Of a DNA stretch of 64,000 nt, positions 9,772 through 19,990 are shown piece after piece. Position numbers and translations under genes: made by a program. Location: assembly GCA_965207225.1 (NCBI GenBank), contig CBDBLV010000002.1, positions 32,001 to 96,000 of the forward strand. The letters are read 5' to 3'. The first letter of the stretch is position 1. The number at the start of each line of letters is the position of its first letter. Source of the stretch: Dehalococcoidia bacterium (GTDB taxonomy: Bacteria > Chloroflexota > Dehalococcoidia > Plut-88900). A model generated the notes under the pieces. It was not told the origin of the DNA, made no database searches, and saw only the letters and a program-made list of their open reading frames with translations.

Positions 9772-11469
9772 CTAGTAGGTGCGGGCCTGCGGTTGCCATC
9801 GTGTAACTGTAACAGGGAGGAAGTCCATCCGGGGCTCGCCGTCCTTGAGGGTTACGAGGGTGTGGCGGAGCCAGTTTTCGTCGTCTCTTTCGGGGTAGTC
9901 GGTGCGGGTGTGAGCGCCTCTGCTTTCCTTACGTTCGATGGCACCGGCGACTATGGTCTCGGCGCAGTCGAGCATGAAGCCCAACTCCAGATATGATATC
10001 AGGTTGTAGTTGAAGATTTTGCCCTTGTCGTTGATGGAGGCCCGGGCGTAGCGCTCTTTAAGCTGGGCGATGTCCTCTCGGGACTTCTTGAGGCCTTCTT
10101 CATCGCGGAAAACGGCGACGTTGTTGTGCATTGACTGGCCCATGGCGAGTCGAATGGCGGCGGGAGGGTCGGGGGTCGGGTCCCGGTTAAGGATGGCCTG
10201 GATGTGGTTTTCTTCGTCGGTCTTGATAGCGCTGGAGATGATGGGTTGCTGAACGGAGGAGGCGTACTGGGCAGCGTTGAGCCCGGCCCGCCTGCCAAAG
10301 ACCACGGTTTCCAACAGGGAGTTGGCACCCAGTCGGTTGCCGCCGTGGAGGCTGATGCAGGCGCACTCTCCGGCGGCGTAGAGGCCCTCGATGGAGGTTG
10401 CGCCGTCGACATCGGTCTTGATCCCGCCCATCTGGTAGTGCATGCCGGGGACGATGCGGATGGGTTCTTCGACGATGTCCACACCGGCGAACTGGATTCC
10501 GAGCTCGCGTATCTGGGAGAGGCGTTCAAGAATTTTCTGTTTGCCGAGGTGCCGGCAGTCGAGGAGGATGGCTCCGTCGACGCCCCGGCCAGCGTCGATT
10601 TCGACGCGTTCGGCGCGGGATACTACGTCCCGGGAGGCGAGCTCCATCTTGTTAGGTGCGTAGTAGGGGTTACGGGGGTTGCCCATGAAGCGCTCGCCCT
10701 CGTTGTTGATGAGGTAAGCGCCTTCTCCTCTGGCGGCCTCGGAGAGGAGGGCGCCGTTGGCTGGGAGGGTGGTGGGGTGGTATTGGACCATCTCCATATC
10801 GAGGAGAGGAGCGCCAGCATTGTAGGCGAGGGCGATGCCGTCCCCGGTGCAGATCATGGCGTTGGTGGAGGGTTCGTAGACCCGGCCGAGGCCCCCGCTG
10901 GCCATGATAACGGCCTTGGCCTGGATAGGCTCGATGCGGCCGGAGAGCATGTCCATAGCCACTGCGCCGCGGCATACGCCGTCCAGCATGATGAGGGACG
11001 TGACGAACCACTCCTCGTAGACGAATATACCGGCCTTCATCAGCTGCTCGTACATGACGTGGAGGATGGCCTGGCCGGTGATGTCGGCGACGAAGAAGGT
11101 GCGGGCGAAGGATGCGCCGCCGAAGCTGCGGGCGCCGAGCCTGCCGCGCTCGTCGCGGTTGAAGATGACGCCCATGTGCTCAAGCTCGATGATGTCGCTG
11201 GGGGCTTCACGGGCCATGATTTCAATGGCGTCCTGGTCGCCGAGGTAGTCGGAGCCCTTGACGGTGTCGAAGGCGTGGGACTCCCAGTCGTCCTCGCGGC
11301 CTTCTTCGGGCATGGCCGCGTTGATGCCACCCTGCGCGGCGTTGGAATGGCTTCGGACTGGGTGGACCTTGGAGACTACGGCTACGTTGGCGCCGTGTCG
11401 GTGGGCTTCGATGGCGGCGCGCATACCGGCAAGTCCCGCGCCTATAACTAAAACGTCGTGTTGTGGCAA
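9772..11469 (-). CDS. sdhA: Succinate dehydrogenase/fumarate reductase flavoprotein
   Basis: GAGLAG, RSHSNAAQGG (covalent FAD His), QYHPT, HGGNRLGANSL and ESRGAH motifs; start taken at TTG 11469 because the track's extension overlaps recN. Confidence 0.93.
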   Translation of the reverse strand: MPQHDVLVIGAGLAGMRAAIEAHRHGANVAVVSKVHPVRSHSNAAQGGINAAMPEEGREDDWESHAFDTVKGSDYLGDQDAIEIMAREAPSDIIELEHMGVIFNRDERGRLGARSFGGASFARTFFVADITGQAILHVMYEQLMKAGIFVYEEWFVTSLIMLDGVCRGAVAMDMLSGRIEPIQAKAVIMASGGLGRVYEPSTNAMICTGDGIALAYNAGAPLLDMEMVQYHPTTLPANGALLSEAARGEGAYLINNEGERFMGNPRNPYYAPNKMELASRDVVSRAERVEIDAGRGVDGAILLDCRHLGKQKILERLSQIRELGIQFAGVDIVEEPIRIVPGMHYQMGGIKTDVDGATSIEGLYAAGECACISLHGGNRLGANSLLETVVFGRRAGLNAAQYASSVQQPIISSAIKTDEENHIQAILNRDPTPDPPAAIRLAMGQSMHNNVAVFRDEEGLKKSREDIAQLKERYARASINDKGKIFNYNLISYLELGFMLDCAETIVAGAIERKESRGAHTRTDYPERDDENWLRHTLVTLKDGEPRMDFLPVTVTRWQPQARTY

Positions 11470-11683
11470 GTGAAGACCTGTAGCTGGGTCGAGTCTGTGA
11501 ATTTTATCATTTGCGGGGGTTGGGTGACAATACGGATAGCGATATATGAGCCCCCAATGGGACTCTGTTGGCGCCCGGACATGGCACGGGGGTCGGTCGG
11601 GGCTTTTCGATTGGGATGGATTCCGCCTATTATTCAGGTGAAGGCACTGCGGGGCCCGCGAACGGGGCTCCTTGGATATTGAG

Positions 11684-13429
11684 ATGCTCAGGCTTCTTAG
11701 CGTTACCAACTTTGCGACGATAGAGCAGCTGGAAATCGAGCTGGCGTCGAACTTCAACGTGTTGACGGGGGAGACGGGGGCTGGGAAGTCGATCATCGTG
11801 GATGCGGTTAGTTTGTTGCTGGGGGGTCGGGCGGATGCGGGGATGGTGAGGGCTGGGGCGCGGCAGGCCAGGGTGGAGGGTATTTTCCTTCTGGATGCAG
11901 GGCTAAGGCAGGCGGTCGGGGGCGGGCTGGATGAGTACGGCATTGAGGCTGGGGACGAGGAGTTGATCCTGGCTCGGGAGGTTAACCTGGATGGCCGCAA
12001 CACGTGTCGGGTGAATGGCCGGATAGTACCGCTTCGCCTGTTAAGTGGTCTGGCCGAGCACCTGGTGGACATCCACGGGCAAAATGAACATCTGTCGCTG
12101 CTGAGGGTCCGGGAGCACATGGATATCCTGGACAAGTACGGTGGACTGGGGGAGCTACGTTCAGAGGTAGGGGAGCGGGTGCGGAATCTGTTGGAGGTGC
12201 GACGGGAGTTGGAGGAGTTGGGTCGGGAGGAACGGGAGTTTGCACAGCGGGTGGACTTCCTGAGGTACCAGGTAGAGGAGATTAACTCGGCCAGCCTGCG
12301 GCCGGGCGAGGATGAAGAGCTGACTATCGAGCGGGACAGGGTGGCGAATGCGGAGCGGATTATCAGTTTGTCGGACCACGCGTATCGGGCGCTCTACGAG
12401 GGTTTCGAGCAGCAGCAATCAGTGGCGGACCTGATGGGTCAGGCATCGAGAGACCTGGAGCAGCTTGCGCAGCTAGATTCTTCGCTGAAGCAAAACGTTG
12501 AATCGGCGGAGGCGGTGAGCAGCCAGATAGAAGAGATGGCGCGCACGCTGAGGGGGTATCGGGACGGCATAGTTTACAGCCCGGAGCGACTGCAAGAGTT
12601 AGAAGAGCGGCTGGAGCTCATAAGGGGCCTGAAAAGGAAATACGGAGGAACGATTGACGAGGTGTTGACCTTCGGTGAGCAGGCGAATTCGGAACTGGAG
12701 AAGCTGTATCACAGCGAAGAGCGAGAGGAAGAGCTGGAGGGTCGGGAGTTGGAGCTGCGGGAAAAGGTAGGGGAATCGGCTGGGCGATTGTCGGAGGCGA
12801 GGAAGGAGGCTGGCGAACGGCTGGCCGAGGCAATCAGAGAAGAGGCAGCCGGGCTGGCCATGGAACATGCGCAGGTGGTGGTGGATATCCGACAGTCGGA
12901 GGCGGAGGACGGGGCGCCGGTATCTCAGAATGGGAAAAAGGCGAGGATGCTGGCGTTCAATAGCTCGGGTGTGGACTCGGTGGAGTTCCTGATCTCGTTG
13001 AATCCGGGGGAGCCGCCCCGTCCGCTGGCTAGGATAGCCTCGGGGGGAGAGGCGTCGAGGCTGATGCTGGCGATCAAGACGATATTGTCAACGACAGACC
13101 AGATACCGATCCTGGTGTTCGACGAGGTGGATGCGGGAATAGGGGGTCGGGTGGGGGGTGTGGTGGGACAGAAGCTGTGGGGCTTGTCGAAGGACCACCA
13201 GGTGTTGTGCGTTACGCACCTGCCGCAGATTGCGTGCTATGCGGACAGTCATGTGAGGGTGGTGAAGACGACGTCTCGGGAGAGGACTGTGACATCGGTA
13301 GAGGCGTTGGATTGGGAGGGGAAGATGACGGAGGTGAGCCAGATGTTGGGGTCGGGGGGCGGGGCGGCGCGGAGGAATGCGTCGGAGATGCTGGAGGAGG
13401 CGGGGAGGTGGAAGAGGGCCTTGCAGTAG
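11684..13429 (+). CDS. recN: DNA repair protein RecN
   Basis: LTGETGAGKS, IHGQ, ASGGEASR, FDEVDAG and THLPQ motifs. Confidence 0.96.
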   Translation: MLRLLSVTNFATIEQLEIELASNFNVLTGETGAGKSIIVDAVSLLLGGRADAGMVRAGARQARVEGIFLLDAGLRQAVGGGLDEYGIEAGDEELILAREVNLDGRNTCRVNGRIVPLRLLSGLAEHLVDIHGQNEHLSLLRVREHMDILDKYGGLGELRSEVGERVRNLLEVRRELEELGREEREFAQRVDFLRYQVEEINSASLRPGEDEELTIERDRVANAERIISLSDHAYRALYEGFEQQQSVADLMGQASRDLEQLAQLDSSLKQNVESAEAVSSQIEEMARTLRGYRDGIVYSPERLQELEERLELIRGLKRKYGGTIDEVLTFGEQANSELEKLYHSEEREEELEGRELELREKVGESAGRLSEARKEAGERLAEAIREEAAGLAMEHAQVVVDIRQSEAEDGAPVSQNGKKARMLAFNSSGVDSVEFLISLNPGEPPRPLARIASGGEASRLMLAIKTILSTTDQIPILVFDEVDAGIGGRVGGVVGQKLWGLSKDHQVLCVTHLPQIACYADSHVRVVKTTSRERTVTSVEALDWEGKMTEVSQMLGSGGGAARRNASEMLEEAGRWKRALQ

Positions 13430-13450
13430 GGATCTGAAGATGCAGGTCCT

Positions 13451-13474
13451 AGATCCCTCGCGGGGTCTCGGGAT
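13451..13474. repeat. REP-like family A copy
   Basis: Identical to 7872-7895. Confidence 0.7.
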
Positions 13475-13529
13475 GGGAAGGAGGGGCAATGGGATGACAT
13501 GGGGAGAAGGGGGAGCTTAGAATCGTGGA

Positions 13530-14084
13530 ATGAGGGTAATTGCCGGGGAGGCTAAGGGTCGAAAGTTGAAGGCACCTACTGGGGCGACCTTTCGGCCGAG
13601 CGCCGAGAGGGTGAGGGCGGCCTTGTTTTCGATGTTGGAGGCGTCGGGGGTGGGGATGGGTCGAGTGCTGGACCTGTATGCGGGGACGGGGGCGATAGGG
13701 ATAGAGGCGCTGAGCCGGGGGGCGGGGTGGGCGGACTTCGTGGAGCGAGACAGAGCGATGGCGCGTGCGGTCGCCGAAAACCTGACGAACACTCGTCTGG
13801 AGGAACGCGCGCAGGTGCACGTAATGGATGCAGGGAAAGCCGTGGAGACGTTGTCGGGAACGTATGACGTGATATTTTTGGACCCTCCGTATGCAGATGA
13901 GTCGGTTGATCGGGTGGTAGACCGGATAGGGGAGAGGGGATTGTGCGGGGAGGATGGAATGGTGATAGTGGAGCATGCGAGGCGTCGACCTCTTGAGGGA
14001 AGGTACGGAGGACTTGTTCTGCAAAAGGAGAAAAGCTACGGTGATACAATGTTGTCGATCTTTCAGATGGAGGAAAGTCTTTGA
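13530..14084 (+). CDS. rsmD: 16S rRNA m2G966 methyltransferase
   Basis: MRVIAG, LDLYAGTGAIGIEALSRGA and DPPY motifs; upstream of coaD. Confidence 0.93.
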   Translation: MRVIAGEAKGRKLKAPTGATFRPSAERVRAALFSMLEASGVGMGRVLDLYAGTGAIGIEALSRGAGWADFVERDRAMARAVAENLTNTRLEERAQVHVMDAGKAVETLSGTYDVIFLDPPYADESVDRVVDRIGERGLCGEDGMVIVEHARRRPLEGRYGGLVLQKEKSYGDTMLSIFQMEESL

Positions 14085-14560
14085 CCACCGCCCTATACCC
14101 CGGCAGCTTCGATCCCGTAACGAACGGCCACCTGGACATTGCCAAGCGGGCCGCCAAACTATTTGACGAACTAGTTATGGCCGTCTATTCAGTCCCGGAC
14201 AACAAGAGGCTGCTATTCTCTACGGAGGAGCGGATAGCACTGGTAAAGGAGTCGCTGAATGGCTACTCCAATATCAGGGTTGTGGGATATTCCGGGTTGA
14301 CGGTGGACTTTGCTCGGGAGATCAATGCCCAGGTCATGATCCGAGGGCTCCGTATGGTGTCGGACTTCGAGCGAGAGTTCGAGATGGCGTTGATGAACAA
14401 GAAGCTGGCGCCGGACATCGAACTGGTTACGCTGATGAGCAGCCTCGAGCACCAGTTCCTGAGTTCCTCGCTGCTGAAAGAGGCGGTGAAATTGGGGGGA
14501 GACCCGGACTCTTTCGTGCCTCCGCATGTGGGGGAAGCGTTGATCAAGAGATTGAGGTAG
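14081..14560 (+). CDS. coaD: Pantetheine-phosphate adenylyltransferase
   Basis: YPGSFDPVTNGHLDI and IRGLR motifs. Confidence 0.96.
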   Translation: MTTALYPGSFDPVTNGHLDIAKRAAKLFDELVMAVYSVPDNKRLLFSTEERIALVKESLNGYSNIRVVGYSGLTVDFAREINAQVMIRGLRMVSDFEREFEMALMNKKLAPDIELVTLMSSLEHQFLSSSLLKEAVKLGGDPDSFVPPHVGEALIKRLR

Positions 14561-14704
14561 GGGACGGGAACCCTCGCGCCAGCGCTCTTTCGGCAAGTGA
14601 CCTTTGCGTAGCTGGTGTTTTAACTCCAGTATCACCCTCACCCTAGCCCTCTTCCTTGGGGGGAGGGGGTACCGGACCTCACCGCCACCCCCCATCCATG
14701 CGAT

Positions 14705-15640
14705 TTATTGGAAGGCGGGCATTACTTCTTCTATGAAGGACTGGACGGCGTCGAAGTCGAAGGGGGCGCGGAAGGCGATGTTGAGGTCGGTCGTGCCGAC
14801 GTCCACGTATTGTCCGATACGTTCTTTCACTTGCTCGGCGGTGCCGAAGAGCATTCCGCCGGGCTTATAGGCGGGGTCGTGGGCCCATGCTGACTCCACG
14901 TCTTTCTTTTTCTTGCGGGCATCGGCTTCGCTGGTGCCCATGTAGAAGCCGAGGTTGACACTGCGGGTGATGGAGACCGGGTCCCGACCTTCCTTTTCGC
15001 ACCAATTGTCGAGAACCTGGTTCTTGGCGGCGTAGACCTCGGGGGCTATGTAGGCGGCGTTCCAGCCGTCGGCGTAGCGGGCGGCGATGCGGAGTGTGCG
15101 CTTCTCGCCGAGGCCCCCGATCCAGAGTCGCGGGTTGGGTTGGATGGGGCGGGGGAAGAGGTAAGCGTTGTCGACGGAGAAGTGATCGCCGTGGAAGGTG
15201 GTGGACTCGCTGTTAAGCATCGAGCGGATGATCTGGGCGCCCTCTTCGAGCTGGTCCAGTCGGGTCTTGATGGGAGAGAAGGGGTAGCCGTAGGCGAGGA
15301 ACTCCATTTCGTACCAGCCGCCGCCGATACCCATTTCGACGCGGCCGTTGCTGATGTGGTCGATGGTCACTGTTGCCTTGGCGAGGAGGGCGGGGTTGCG
15401 GTAGCCGATGGCCATCACGAGACAACCGATGCGGACGTTCTCCGTTTCAGCGGCGATGGCGGCCATGGTAGTCGTAGCCTCGAAGCAGGGGCTCCTGCCG
15501 TTGTGAGTGGGGTTTTCGTAGAAGTGGTCCCAGACGGAGACCCAGTAGAAGCCGTTGGAGTCGGCGATCTGCCAGAGCTTGCGGAGGTCGGGGTAGGAAA
15601 CGTCCTGGACGCCGGTGTGCATGCCGATACGAAGGGCCAT
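14705..15640 (-). CDS. LLM-class, probably F420-dependent, oxidoreductase
   Basis: WDHF, YRNPALLAK, DHISNGR and GEKRTLRIAARYADGWN motifs. Confidence 0.88.
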   Translation of the reverse strand: MALRIGMHTGVQDVSYPDLRKLWQIADSNGFYWVSVWDHFYENPTHNGRSPCFEATTTMAAIAAETENVRIGCLVMAIGYRNPALLAKATVTIDHISNGRVEMGIGGGWYEMEFLAYGYPFSPIKTRLDQLEEGAQIIRSMLNSESTTFHGDHFSVDNAYLFPRPIQPNPRLWIGGLGEKRTLRIAARYADGWNAAYIAPEVYAAKNQVLDNWCEKEGRDPVSITRSVNLGFYMGTSEADARKKKKDVESAWAHDPAYKPGGMLFGTAEQVKERIGQYVDVGTTDLNIAFRAPFDFDAVQSFIEEVMPAFQ

Positions 15641-15769
15641 GGGAGCCTCCCGTGGTGTGAAAGTGATGGGCTTATATTAGCAGGAAGGGGGAGGGAGGTG
15701 GGGTGCTATAATCGGGCTTGTTCCAAGGCTGGAGGCGTGGCGAAGAGATGCGTGATCACTCAAGTCCTG

Positions 15770-15795
15770 GATTCCTCGCGGGGCCTCGGAATGAC
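15770..15795. repeat. REP-like family A copy
   Basis: GATTCCTCGCGGGGCCTCGGAATGAC; one mismatch to the 6608-6633 core. Confidence 0.7.
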
Positions 15796-15863
15796 AGCGA
15801 AAGAGGCAGCCTTGGAATATCGAAGGCCGGCGCTGGGAAGAGACTGAGATAGGCAAAGGAGCG

Positions 15864-18605
15864 ATGGCGAGTCAGCAGACATCCATGTTGGAGCGGAAGC
15901 CGCTCTTTTTGTTGATGGACGGGCACGCGCTGGTGCACCGGGCGTTTCACGCGCTTCCGCCGTTGACGGTGAACAAGACGGGCGAGCCTATCGGGGCAGT
16001 GTATGGATTCACGAGTGCGCTGCTGAAAGCGCTGGATGAAATCGATCCTACCCACTGCGCAATCGTCTTCGACAGGCCGACTCCTACGTTCAGGCACATG
16101 CAGTACGAGGAGTACAAGGCGCACCGAGCTTCGACGCCGGACGATCTGCGGGTCCAGTTCAAGCGCATACGGGAGCTGGTGTCGGCGTTCGGGATACCGG
16201 CCTATGAGATGGACGGGTACGAGGGTGACGACGTACTGGGAACTCTTTCGACACAGGCCTCGGAGCAGGGAATCGACACGGTGATATTGACCGGAGACAC
16301 GGACACGGTCCAGCTGGTGACGCCTTATGTAAAGGCCCTGCTCCCGAGGGGAATGTTCAAGGACACTGTGCTGTACGACGAGAACAAGGTGGTGGAGAGG
16401 TACGGGGTGCCACCGGTGTTAATCCCGGACTACAAGGGGCTGGTGGGAGACTCATCGGACAATATACCGGGGGTGCCGGGGATCGGGGGGAAAACTGCGG
16501 CGAAGCTGGTGCAGGAGTTCGGGGATATCAAAGGGATATACGAGCACATCGAAGAGGTGAAGCCGCCACGCATCCAGGGCCTGCTTAAAGAGCACCAGTC
16601 GCAGGCGATGATGTCGGTGGAGCTGGCGAGGATAGTGGTGCGGGTGCCGCTGGACCTGGATTTCGATGCTTGCGCAAGGTCGGGGTTCAACAGGGAGGCG
16701 GTTGTCGCCCTGTTCCGGGAGATGGAGTTTTCCAGCTTGCTGGCGCGGCTGCCGGGTGGGGACGGAGAGGACGCGATTGAAGGTGAAGAGTCCGCGGTGT
16801 CGGGGGGAGGGGAGGTGGAGTACCACACGGTCACGGATGAAGATGCCCTTGACAGGATGATTGCGGAGGTAAGGGAAGCGGGCTACTTTGCGTTTGACAC
16901 GGAGACGACGAGCCTGAACGCAATGATGGCGGGGTTGGTCGGGGTGTCTATTTCGGCAGAGCCCAGGGTGTCGTACTACGTGCCGGTGGGGCACATAGTC
17001 GGACATCAATTGCCAATGGAGCTGGTGGTGGAAAAGCTGAAGCCGTTATTCGAGGACGACGCCCTGCCAAAGACGGCACACAATGCGAACTACGACATGA
17101 TGGTGCTGGCTAACTACGGAGTGGAGGTGAAGGGGCTGGCGAACGACAGCATGATCGCTGCGTTCCTGGTCGGGGAGAAGGCGCTGGGGTTGAAGGGGTT
17201 ATCGTTTGATCGGCTGGGTGTCGAGATGACGCCCATCACCGAGCTTATTGGGACGGGGTCCAAGCAGATCACCATGGACAAGGTGAGCGTAGATGCGGCG
17301 AGCCCCTACGCGGCGGCAGACGCCGACATGACGCTCAGGCTGTCGACGATGCTGGAGAAGGAAGCTCGGGGGGAGGGGTTGTGGGGGATGATGGAGGACG
17401 TGGAGCTACCGCTGGTGCCGATCATCGTACGGATGCAAAGGGCGGGGATCGCGCTGGATGCCAAGCTGCTCACGGGGATGTCGATGGAGCTTACGGAACG
17501 TTTGGCAGTACTAGAAGCGGGGATCTATGACGATGTCGGGCACCGGTTTACGATCAACTCTCCAAAGCAGCTGGGGGACGTTCTGTTCAAAGAACTGGAC
17601 CTGCCCAGCGCGAAGCGTACCAAGAGCGGATTCTCGACGGACGCCCGGGTGCTGGAGGGGTTGAGGGGAGCACACCCTATTGTGGAGAAGGTGCTGGAGT
17701 TCAGGCAGATTTCGAAGCTGAAGTCGACATACCTGGACGCGCTTCCTGACATGGTAAACCCGAGGACGGGTCGGGTGCATACAACATTCAACCAGACGGG
17801 GTCGGTTACTGGAAGGGTGTCGAGCAATGACCCGAACCTGCAGAACATTCCGATCAGGACGGAGCTCGGGGGGCAGGTCAGACATGCATTCATAGCGCAG
17901 GACCACCCGGAGTGGGTGCTGCTGGCGGCGGACTACTCGCAGATAGACCTTCGGGTGCTGGCCCACATTTCCGAGGACCCGAGCCTGATCAAGGCGTTCC
18001 ACGATGGGGCCGACATTCATGCGTCTACGGCAGCTTACGTGTTCGATGTTGCAATGGATGAGGTGACGGCGGATATGAGACGGATTGCGAAGACGATCAA
18101 CTTCGGGATCATCTATGGAATCAGTGGTTTCGGGTTGGCGAACCGGACCGGGCTGTCCAACGAAGAGGCGCAGCGGTTTATCGACCAGTATTTCGAGCGG
18201 TACCCGGGGGTGAAGGATTACATGGAGGTGACGAAGCACAAGGCAAAGGCGCAGGGGTACGTGCAGACGGTCTTGGGCAGGCGCCGGCATTTCCCGGAGT
18301 TCAACTCCCGAAACCACAACCTGAGGATGGCGGCGGAGAGGATGGCGATAAACATGCCCATCCAGGGAACGTCGGCGGAGATTACGAAGCTGGCGATGAT
18401 CGGGGTACAGAACCGGATGGACGAGGCCCACATGCAGAGCAGGATGCTGCTCCAGGTACACGACGAGCTCATCTTCGAGGTGCCGAGGGACGAGGTGGAG
18501 GAGATGTCGGGGCTGGCGAGGGAGGTCATGGCGTCGGCGCTGGAGCTTAGCGTTCCGCTGAAGGTGGACGTGAAGATGGGTCCCAACTGGGGAGACATGG
18601 CATAG
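15864..18605 (+). CDS. polA: DNA polymerase I
   Basis: 5'-3' exonuclease (HRAFHA, GDSSDNIPGVPGIG), FDTETT 3'-5' exonuclease, DYSQIDLR and QVHDEL polymerase motifs. Confidence 0.97.
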   Translation: MASQQTSMLERKPLFLLMDGHALVHRAFHALPPLTVNKTGEPIGAVYGFTSALLKALDEIDPTHCAIVFDRPTPTFRHMQYEEYKAHRASTPDDLRVQFKRIRELVSAFGIPAYEMDGYEGDDVLGTLSTQASEQGIDTVILTGDTDTVQLVTPYVKALLPRGMFKDTVLYDENKVVERYGVPPVLIPDYKGLVGDSSDNIPGVPGIGGKTAAKLVQEFGDIKGIYEHIEEVKPPRIQGLLKEHQSQAMMSVELARIVVRVPLDLDFDACARSGFNREAVVALFREMEFSSLLARLPGGDGEDAIEGEESAVSGGGEVEYHTVTDEDALDRMIAEVREAGYFAFDTETTSLNAMMAGLVGVSISAEPRVSYYVPVGHIVGHQLPMELVVEKLKPLFEDDALPKTAHNANYDMMVLANYGVEVKGLANDSMIAAFLVGEKALGLKGLSFDRLGVEMTPITELIGTGSKQITMDKVSVDAASPYAAADADMTLRLSTMLEKEARGEGLWGMMEDVELPLVPIIVRMQRAGIALDAKLLTGMSMELTERLAVLEAGIYDDVGHRFTINSPKQLGDVLFKELDLPSAKRTKSGFSTDARVLEGLRGAHPIVEKVLEFRQISKLKSTYLDALPDMVNPRTGRVHTTFNQTGSVTGRVSSNDPNLQNIPIRTELGGQVRHAFIAQDHPEWVLLAADYSQIDLRVLAHISEDPSLIKAFHDGADIHASTAAYVFDVAMDEVTADMRRIAKTINFGIIYGISGFGLANRTGLSNEEAQRFIDQYFERYPGVKDYMEVTKHKAKAQGYVQTVLGRRRHFPEFNSRNHNLRMAAERMAINMPIQGTSAEITKLAMIGVQNRMDEAHMQSRMLLQVHDELIFEVPRDEVEEMSGLAREVMASALELSVPLKVDVKMGPNWGDMA

Positions 18606-18608
18606 GCG

Positions 18609-19427
18609 ATGCCGGAACTGCCGGACGTCGAAGTGATGCGCCGGGTGGTAGCGCCCGGGGTGAGGGGTAGGACGGTTTCGGGGGTGACGCTGAACTGGAA
18701 CAACGCGGTGAAGGCCCCTTCGCCGGGGGAATTCCGAGAAGGGTTGATGGGGGCGACGATAGAGGAAGTCGGGAGGCGGGCGAAGTATTTCCTGTTCCAG
18801 CTAAGGGATTCGCGTACGCTCATTGTTCATTTGAGGATGACGGGGTCGTTGAGGGTGGTTGAGGCCGGTGAGGAGATGCACAAGTACACTCAGACGGTGT
18901 TCCACTTCGAAGACGGGTATGACCTGAGGTTTGTGGACCCGAGGAAGTTCGGGGCTGTGTGGCTGGTGGATGATGCGGCGTCGGTGGTCGGAGACCTGGG
19001 CCCCGAGCCATTGGAGCCCTCCTTCACGGCCGAAGTATTGGGCGGGATATTGGATAGTCGGGGGACGGCGATAAAGTCGTTGCTGATGGACCAGAAGCGG
19101 GTCGCAGGAATAGGGAATATCTACGCGGACGACATTTTGTTCAGGTCCAGGGTGCACCCGATGACCCGGGCGAGAGATGTGAGGGTAGAGGTGGTGGAGT
19201 CGATCCACGAATCGATTGTGTGGGTGCTGAGTCGGGCGATCGACATATTGGAGAAGAATATGCCGGTGGATGCGCCCCCGACGGAGGACCTGGGCCCGAT
19301 GATATTCCTGGTGCCTCGGGAGAAGGGGGTGAGGTGTCCGCGGTGTTCAGGGGAGATAGAGAGGATGGTTGTCGGGGGGAGGGGTACGTATTTTTGTCCC
19401 GCGTGTCAGCCGGAGCCGCCGCGCTAG
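18609..19427 (+). CDS. mutM: Formamidopyrimidine-DNA glycosylase
   Basis: MPELPDVE, HLRMTG and GIGNIYAD motifs; C-terminal CPRC..CPACQ zinc finger. Confidence 0.95.
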   Translation: MPELPDVEVMRRVVAPGVRGRTVSGVTLNWNNAVKAPSPGEFREGLMGATIEEVGRRAKYFLFQLRDSRTLIVHLRMTGSLRVVEAGEEMHKYTQTVFHFEDGYDLRFVDPRKFGAVWLVDDAASVVGDLGPEPLEPSFTAEVLGGILDSRGTAIKSLLMDQKRVAGIGNIYADDILFRSRVHPMTRARDVRVEVVESIHESIVWVLSRAIDILEKNMPVDAPPTEDLGPMIFLVPREKGVRCPRCSGEIERMVVGGRGTYFCPACQPEPPR

Positions 19428-19858
19428 CTACCGCCCGGTAGCGGTCCAAACCCCTTCTGTAGAAGCTCTACGAAGACGCCATGGGAGGAGCTGGGGTGGA
19501 CCCATACGTAGTCGGTGCTTGGGGTGGGGTCGGCGTCCTCGGGGATTCCGGTGATGCGGCCGCCCTGGGAGCGGACGTTTTTTACGGTGCCTACAAGATC
19601 GTCGAGTTCGAAGGTGATCAGGTAGACGCCTTCGCCGCGGGCTTCGAGGAACTTGCGGACGTGGCTGTCGTCGCCGAGGGGTTCAAGGAGCTCTATGAGC
19701 GCCCGCTTTCCATTGCCGAGGAAGGTGTTGCGGTAGCCGAACTGGGTGTTGTCGTTGGGAGGCTGCATGACCTGAAGGTTGTAGAGGCTGCAGAACCTGT
19801 CGGTGGCCTCCTGAAGGTCGTATACGGCGATACATACGAAGCTCAGGTCGGTAGACAT
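19424..19858 (-). CDS. VOC/glyoxalase family protein (methylmalonyl-CoA epimerase-like)
   Basis: IELLEP, FLEARGEGVY and WVHPSSSHGVFVEL motifs; start at MSTDL. Confidence 0.8.
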   Translation of the reverse strand: MSTDLSFVCIAVYDLQEATDRFCSLYNLQVMQPPNDNTQFGYRNTFLGNGKRALIELLEPLGDDSHVRKFLEARGEGVYLITFELDDLVGTVKNVRSQGGRITGIPEDADPTPSTDYVWVHPSSSHGVFVELLQKGFGPLPGGS

Positions 19859-19990
19859 AGTATTTCCTCGCGGGTTGGGTCTAGGCGCAATTACGGCGTG
19901 GTGTAGAATGTAACGGCCCTGCTCAGGGCCATTTTGGTGGATTATATACGCTCCTTGTGCAGTCGTGATGAGCAAAGAAGGGAGTTTGTG

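Noticed and set aside
11470-12135. N-terminal 220-aa extension of SdhA in the ORF track
   Set aside because: It is the antisense shadow of recN; SdhA homology starts at PQHDVLVIGAG.
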